A stretch of 64,000 nucleotides of DNA from Bacteroidia bacterium (GTDB taxonomy: Bacteria > Bacteroidota > Bacteroidia > AKYH767-A > OLB10), in assembly GCA_038206385.1 (NCBI GenBank), contig JBBRAW010000006.1:2440-66439 (forward strand), read 5' to 3'. How positions within the stretch are numbered: position 1 is the stretch's first letter; every line of letters begins with the position of its first letter. Shown piece after piece: positions 58,539 to 64,000 of this stretch. A program made the translations under genes and the position numbers. The notes below the pieces were generated by a model that had not been told where the DNA came from, searched no databases, and saw only the letters and a program-made list of their open reading frames with translations.

Positions 58539-59054
58539 TTACATCGTTAAATACCTTTCATTTATAATTTTATAATGATGCAATTGATGACCGATAATTG
58601 CGTAGCCTAATGCAAGTGTTGTAATTTTTCTTCCACTCGCTGTTCCTTCTGCTAATAACATTTTATCTGTAAAAGAAGTGAACAATTGAATTGTTGTTTC
58701 GCGAACAGCAATTAATTCTTGTAATAAATCTTTCATGTTACGATGTGTTGCATCAGCATGAGCGGCATAATCATTTTCTTCAAATCCCGGAAGTGCTGTT
58801 GCATCCATCCGTGCAAAACGTAAGGCGCGATAATTAAAAATTCGTTCTGTATCTATCATGTGTTGAAACAAATCTTTTGCTGTCCACTTGTTGGGAGCGT
58901 ATGCTTTATCGCCAAGATCTTCTAGTTTACTAAAAGGAATACTATGAATTGCTTCCTTTGCCTTCTGCAAACCTTCTATTAATTCAATGTCGTAAGCTAC
59001 TTGGATATAGTTATCGAAGGCTTCTGTTACATAAGGGATATCGGACTTATTCAT
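58539..59054 (-). CDS. DinB/YfiT-like (DinB_2) family protein, paralog of 17073..17627
   Basis: C-terminal 'LGYAIIGHQLHHYKIINERYL' aligns with 'LVLGHEIHHSKIISERYL' of the other copy. Confidence 0.75.
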   Translation of the reverse strand: MNKSDIPYVTEAFDNYIQVAYDIELIEGLQKAKEAIHSIPFSKLEDLGDKAYAPNKWTAKDLFQHMIDTERIFNYRALRFARMDATALPGFEENDYAAHADATHRNMKDLLQELIAVRETTIQLFTSFTDKMLLAEGTASGRKITTLALGYAIIGHQLHHYKIINERYLTM

Positions 59055-59157
59055 GGTGTTAAATTATTTGTTGTTAAGTGTGTAAATTTCATAAAAAATA
59101 TGATGTGATTTTCGACTTATTCTTCTTCGTTAAAAAGATTTTTAGCATCTTCGCTGA

Positions 59158-60153
59158 ATGAGTTTTAAATCAGTAGCAGTAATTGGTGGTGGAAGTTGGG
59201 CAACAGCGATAGTAAAAATTTTGTCTAACAACGTAAGTGAAATTCATTGGTGGTTGCGTAGTGAAGAATCCGTAACTTTTATTAATCGTTACCAGCATAA
59301 TCCAAATTATTTAAGTGACGTTTCACTTGATTTATCGATCGTAAAACCAAGTACTAATTTAGAGCAAATTATTGATTCATCCGAATGTGTTGTGCTTGCA
59401 ATTCCAGCAGCTTTTTTAAAAAACACATTGTCATCATTACCTGTTACTATCTTTAAAAATAAAAAAGTTTTTTCTGCAATAAAAGGAATTGTTCCGGAGC
59501 ATAATTTAATTGTTGGTGAATATATGCACTCGCATTTTGATGTGCCATTCGAACAAATTGGTGTCCTTACTGGTCCATGCCATGCAGAAGAAGTTGCACT
59601 TGAAAAATTATCTTATCTCACTGTTGCTTCTCCTAATTCAAACAACGCATCTGCATTAGCATCAGTACTCAATTGTCGTTATATTAAAACAAGTATTTCG
59701 GATGATATCTATGGAACTGAATATGCCGCGGTATTAAAAAATGTGATGGCGATTGCAAGTGGAATATGTAACGGCTTAGGCTTTGGCGATAACTTTCAAG
59801 CGGTATTAATATCAAATGGTATTCGTGAAATAAAACGTTTTGTAGATGCAGTACATCCTATCAAAAGAGATATCAATGATTCTGCTTATTTAGGTGATTT
59901 ATTGGTTACTGCATATTCTCAATTTAGTAGAAACAGAACTTTTGGAGCCATGATTGGTAAAGGCTATTCGGTGAAATCGGCACAATTGGAGATGAATATG
60001 GTTGCAGAAGGGTATTATGCTGTTGCATGTATCTACGAAATCAATAAAAAATTTAAAGTTGAAATGCCCATTTGTCTGGCGGTTTATAACATCCTTTACG
60101 AAAAAAATAGCCCTCGATTAGAGATAAACAATCTTGTTGACACTTTTAATTAA
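59158..60153 (+). CDS. gpsA: NAD(P)H-dependent glycerol-3-phosphate dehydrogenase
   Basis: Rossmann 'VAVIGGGSWATA' plus a GpsA core 'GPCHAEEVA' and 'KNV.AIA.G'. Confidence 0.9.
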   Translation: MSFKSVAVIGGGSWATAIVKILSNNVSEIHWWLRSEESVTFINRYQHNPNYLSDVSLDLSIVKPSTNLEQIIDSSECVVLAIPAAFLKNTLSSLPVTIFKNKKVFSAIKGIVPEHNLIVGEYMHSHFDVPFEQIGVLTGPCHAEEVALEKLSYLTVASPNSNNASALASVLNCRYIKTSISDDIYGTEYAAVLKNVMAIASGICNGLGFGDNFQAVLISNGIREIKRFVDAVHPIKRDINDSAYLGDLLVTAYSQFSRNRTFGAMIGKGYSVKSAQLEMNMVAEGYYAVACIYEINKKFKVEMPICLAVYNILYEKNSPRLEINNLVDTFN

Positions 60154-60401
60154 GAAAAAGAACCCTATTTACTTCCTAAATACCGGTTCAAATAACAAGA
60201 TTTTTTCCCGTTCCCCCTCTGTTTTTACCCATTGAGATTGTTTATGCTCCTATTCCTAATAAAATACAAATAAAATCAGTTGATAGTGTTAATTAAATTC
60301 CTATATTTAGGTCAACCTATCTGCTTGTCAATTCTTTAAGATATTAACAAATTTTCATTGTTGATATCAATAAATTCTTGATAAATATGTGTGATTATAT
60401 C

Positions 60402-63400
60402 ATGATTGGGTTTATAAAAAAATTCAGAATGGTCAAACGCTTACTTATCTGTTTATCCGTACTGTTATTGCCTTTTGTTTCAAATGCACAAACGTATTTG
60501 ATGAGCAATACTACTGTGAATACTTGTGCTGGTACTTTTTATGACTCTGGCGGAAGCGCTGGAAATTATGCTAACAATGCAAATTCTACAATGACTTTTT
60601 GTTCAGGAATAGCAGGAAATTGTGTACGCCTACAATTTACTTCTTTGAATATTGAGAGAGGATATGATTCTATTTTTATCTACAATGGTGCAAGTATTTT
60701 GTCTCCTGTTCTTGCAAGATTATCAGGTAATATTGGAACAATAACTTATACTGCAACAAGTGGATGTTTAACTATTCGTTTTGTTTCTGATGGATCTATC
60801 ACCGCTCCTGGTTGGTCGGCTAGTATTAGTTGTGTTAATTGTGCAACTGGTGGATGTGTCACTACTTGTAGCTCTGGTATTCCGCCAATAAATGATGCGT
60901 GTTCTGGTGCGATAAACATTGGTGCATTACCTGCTCCGGCTGCTTGTGCAAGTGGAGGTTTAGGTGCTGTATCAATAACAAATGGTTCCAATTTTTGTGC
61001 TACTGCCGAAACTCCATATACAACTATTTTAGGTTGTCAACCTTCTGGAAATATGCCTAGTCCCTCTGCGGATGTATGGTATCAATTTAGTATTACTGGT
61101 CCAATTTTAAATGTGTCGATAGCTGGTTTACAAACACCAAGTATTGGAATTTATTCAGGAAGTTCATGCGCAACAATGATTCCTCGAAATTGTGCAGTAG
61201 GAAGTGCGGGATCATTAAACACAACATTTGTTGGATTAACTCCAGGAAATTATTATTTACAATTAAGTGGTGCAAACGTGAATGATCAATGTGATTTTTC
61301 TTTATCACTTCAAAATAATTTTGATTGCAATCAATGTGTAAACGTAAGTACATTAGGTGCAGTTCCTTCGCCAGTAAATGGAACTTATTCTCCCGGACAA
61401 ACAGTTAATTTTTGCTATACGATTAATAGTTATAATCAATCGGCAGTAAATTGGTTGCATGGTGTTGTTCCAATTTTTGGTCCTGGTTGGGATATGAGTA
61501 CGCTTACAACTTCAGCTCCTGTTAGTTGTTCAGGAAGTGGAACATGGAGTTGGTATAATACACCAATAACGAGTAGTCAAACAGGTCAAGTAAATGGGCC
61601 AGGTTTCTTTTTTGAAACAAGTATTGGAAATGCCGCTGGAGTTTTAGATGGAAATCCTGGAAATAATTTTGGAGATAATAATGGAGGCGGATGTACCTGG
61701 ACTTTTTGTTGGACGATCAAAACTTTACCTCAATCAACATGTGTTCCTGGCGTAAGTTTAAGTATGGGTGTTGATACAAAAGGCGATGGTGAATCTGGAA
61801 GTTGGAGTAATTTAGGATGCGTTGGTGATCCAATAGTTTCTTTGCCTGCAACTACATCTTGTTGTCCTCCTCCAACATTGGCTATCACTGATCCTACATG
61901 TGCGGGTTCAACAAATGGTTCTGTAATAGCAACTGGTCAAGGCACAGCACCATGGACTTATGTTTGGAAAAATTCAGCAGGTGTAACAGTTCAAACTGCT
62001 GGTAGTGTAAATGGGCCAAACACAATAAATAGTTTGGCAGCGGGAAGTTATTCAGTAACTGTTACAAATGGTACTGGATGTACTGCAACTGTTTCGTTTG
62101 CATTAGTAACACCACCTGTTTTAAATGCTGTTATCAATGTAACTCCCGTTACCTGTAATGGAGGATTAAATGGTACTGCAAATATTGTTGCGAATGGTGG
62201 ATCTCCTGGTTATGCATACGCTTGGTCCCCATCAGGAGCAGGTGCTTCTTCAACGGGATTAGCTGCTGCAACCTATACTGTTACTGTAACGGATTTAAGA
62301 GGTTGTACCTACAAAGTCACAGGAGTAATAAATCAACCTGCAGCAGTTACAGCAACCATTTCGGCATCAACAAATATTTTATGCAATGGCGGTACAAATG
62401 GTAGTGCAACTGTTACTCCTGGTGGAGGAACTGCAGGATATACTTATTTATGGTCGAATGGAAATACTAACGCAACAGCAACAGGATTAGCAGCGGCAAC
62501 TTATACAGTAACTGTTACTGATAGCAAAGGATGTACAAAAAGTACAACAGTTGTTATTGCACAACCAACTATTATAAATTTAAATTTAAATGCAACGGCT
62601 GCAAGTTGTGGTGTAAATAATGGAACAGCTTCAGTAATTGCCGCTGGAGGAACAGGAGCATTTCAATATGCATGGTCACCTGCTGGTGGAACAGGAGCTA
62701 ACGCAAATGGTATTGGATCAGGAGGATATTCTGTTGTTGTAACGGATGCAAATGGATGTACGGCTTTAGGAAATATTGTTGTTCCCAATTTAACAGGTCC
62801 CACAGCAAGTATTTCCACATTTAATGGTGTTACATGCTTCGGTGGAAACAATGGCTCAGCAACTGCAACTGCAATTAACGGAACACTTCCATATAATTAT
62901 GTTTGGTCTACAGGAGCATTAACTGCAACAGTAAATAATTTAGTTGCAGGAACTTTTACGGTAACAGTTACTGATGGAACAGGTTGTACATCTAATGCGT
63001 CTGTCATCATTGCACAACCACCAATTGTTACTTCAAACATAAATGGTAACACTCCTGTAAATTGTTTTGGTTCAGCCAACGGATCATTAACAGTTCAAGC
63101 TGGTGGTGGAACACCAAACTATTCCTATGTATGGTCGAATGGAAATACAACTACAAATCCTATTGGATTACTAGCAGGAAATTATACCGTTACAGTTACA
63201 GATAATAATGGATGTACTATGACTGCTAATACAATTGTTGCGCAACCACCATTACTACTTATCTCAGTTCCTTTAATCACAGATGTAACTTGTAATGGAG
63301 GAACGAATGGTGCTGCAACAGCAACTGGTGTTGGAGGTTTACTTCCTTATAGTTATGTATGGTCGACTGGATCAATTAATAATTCTATAACAGGATTGGC

Positions 63401-64000
63401 TGCGGGTAATTATACTGTTACTGTTTCTAACGGAAATAGTTGTACTGCTCAAACAACAATTACTATCAATCAACCTGTAGCTGTAACAGGAGCAATTAGT
63501 TCAAGTTCAGATGCAACATGTAATGGTACTGCAACAGGAAATGCAACAGTTACTGTAACTAATGGAATAGCTCCAATAAATTATGCATGGTCTCCTTCGG
63601 GTGGTAATGCTGCAAGTGCTACTAATTTAAGTGCTGGAAATTATTCCGTTTTAATTACTGATGCAAATGGATGTACAACGAGTACTCCAGTAACCATCAA
63701 TGAACCGAATCCATTATTAGTCACGCTCGTTTCACAAACAAATGTTTTGTGTAATGGAGGAAGTACAGGAGCTGCTACGATTTCTGCAAGTGGTGGAACA
63801 CAAAATTATAATTATGCATGGACACCTTCTGGTGGAATAGGATCAACAATTTCTTCTGTAACATTCGGAACGTATACTGTTACCGTTACTGATGCAAATG
63901 GATGTACAAATAATTTACCAGTAACAATTACAGAACCAACATTACTTGTTGCACAAATTTTAAACAATACTCCAGCACTTTGTAATGGTGATGCAACAGG
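60402..64000 (+). CDS. very large secreted cell-surface protein: signal peptide, CUB-like domain, Cys-rich domains, and 14 or more SprB-type repeats. 3' end lies beyond the window.
   Basis: Hand translation in frame 60402 (alternative ATG 60429, signal 'MVKRLLICLSVLLLPFVSNAQT') shows no stop through position 64000. The CUB-like segment is 'CAGTFYDSGGSAGNYANNANSTMTFCS...VRLQFTSLNIERGYDSIFIYNG'. It is followed by about 80-aa repeats with the pattern 'C.G..NG.A......G..PY.Y.WS.G......I..L.AG.Y.V.VTD.NGCT' (SprB repeat). It is absent from the ORF track only because it has no stop in the window. Confidence 0.8.
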   Translation, partial: MIGFIKKFRMVKRLLICLSVLLLPFVSNAQTYLMSNTTVNTCAGTFYDSGGSAGNYANNANSTMTFCSGIAGNCVRLQFTSLNIERGYDSIFIYNGASILSPVLARLSGNIGTITYTATSGCLTIRFVSDGSITAPGWSASISCVNCATGGCVTTCSSGIPPINDACSGAINIGALPAPAACASGGLGAVSITNGSNFCATAETPYTTILGCQPSGNMPSPSADVWYQFSITGPILNVSIAGLQTPSIGIYSGSSCATMIPRNCAVGSAGSLNTTFVGLTPGNYYLQLSGANVNDQCDFSLSLQNNFDCNQCVNVSTLGAVPSPVNGTYSPGQTVNFCYTINSYNQSAVNWLHGVVPIFGPGWDMSTLTTSAPVSCSGSGTWSWYNTPITSSQTGQVNGPGFFFETSIGNAAGVLDGNPGNNFGDNNGGGCTWTFCWTIKTLPQSTCVPGVSLSMGVDTKGDGESGSWSNLGCVGDPIVSLPATTSCCPPPTLAITDPTCAGSTNGSVIATGQGTAPWTYVWKNSAGVTVQTAGSVNGPNTINSLAAGSYSVTVTNGTGCTATVSFALVTPPVLNAVINVTPVTCNGGLNGTANIVANGGSPGYAYAWSPSGAGASSTGLAAATYTVTVTDLRGCTYKVTGVINQPAAVTATISASTNILCNGGTNGSATVTPGGGTAGYTYLWSNGNTNATATGLAAATYTVTVTDSKGCTKSTTVVIAQPTIINLNLNATAASCGVNNGTASVIAAGGTGAFQYAWSPAGGTGANANGIGSGGYSVVVTDANGCTALGNIVVPNLTGPTASISTFNGVTCFGGNNGSATATAINGTLPYNYVWSTGALTATVNNLVAGTFTVTVTDGTGCTSNASVIIAQPPIVTSNINGNTPVNCFGSANGSLTVQAGGGTPNYSYVWSNGNTTTNPIGLLAGNYTVTVTDNNGCTMTANTIVAQPPLLLISVPLITDVTCNGGTNGAATATGVGGLLPYSYVWSTGSINNSITGLAAGNYTVTVSNGNSCTAQTTITINQPVAVTGAISSSSDATCNGTATGNATVTVTNGIAPINYAWSPSGGNAASATNLSAGNYSVLITDANGCTTSTPVTINEPNPLLVTLVSQTNVLCNGGSTGAATISASGGTQNYNYAWTPSGGIGSTISSVTFGTYTVTVTDANGCTNNLPVTITEPTLLVAQILNNTPALCNGDAT

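Noticed and set aside
60746-63079. Four short minus-strand ORFs (60746..60991, 61093..61353, 62663..62851, 62897..63079)
   Set aside because: They lie antisense within the long + strand CUB/SprB-repeat reading frame, which is absent from the track only because it has no stop in the window.
1-64000. CRISPR arrays, tRNA/rRNA genes, IS transposases, integrases
   Set aside because: Inspection of all intergenic gaps of 100 bp or more found no regularly spaced direct repeats, no cloverleaf-compatible tRNA-like segments with conserved T-loop motifs, and no DDE or tyrosine-recombinase ORFs. Any mobility signal is limited to the repeat-flanked GxxExxY cassette.

Overview
Low-GC (about 30-35 %) Bacteroidetes-type chromosomal window. 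It looks like a Sphingobacteriia/Flavobacteriia-like gliding bacterium: T9SS cargo, SprB repeats, TAnnTTTG-style promoters and no Shine-Dalgarno sequences. Layout, left to right:

- **1-12.4 kb, signalling.** The 3' part of rpoN, a hybrid sensor kinase, a sigma-54-dependent NtrC-type regulator, an AT-rich patch of small ORFs including an ECF-sigma-like gene, and a REC + CheB-CheR-PAS-histidine-kinase giant.
- **12.5-12.9 kb.** Two tiny membrane-protein genes below the ORF-track cutoff.
- **13.0-26.6 kb, housekeeping and stress.** An alpha/beta hydrolase, the MlaEFD lipid-transport operon, a DinB-family gene, tag, OsmC, pirin, MarR, a LuxR-type two-component pair, a methionine-aminotransferase/omega-amidase pair and an M28 peptidase.
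- **26.7-47.8 kb, one minus-strand Wzx/Wzy-type polysaccharide locus.** It runs Wza, Wzc, Wzx, GT, Wzy, two kinase-like proteins, a methyltransferase, an acetyltransferase, three GTs, a WecA-like initiating transferase. A T9SS type-B-CTD NHL protein and its PorP/SprF-TSP3-OmpA partner sit inside it.
- **48.0-51.8 kb, accessory patch.** A GxxExxY gene bracketed by an inverted repeat on one side and about three degenerate ~92-96 bp tandem repeats on the other, followed by a C-protein-controlled type II R-M system with a palindromic C-box candidate.
- **52.0-60.2 kb.** dut, a nucleotidyltransferase, a TPR lipoprotein, an EnvC-like M23 protein, tatA, a second DinB paralog and gpsA.
- **60.4 kb to the window end.** A >1190-aa CUB + SprB-repeat surface protein that has no stop in the window and is therefore missing from the ORF track.

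No rRNA, tRNA or CRISPR array was recognised.
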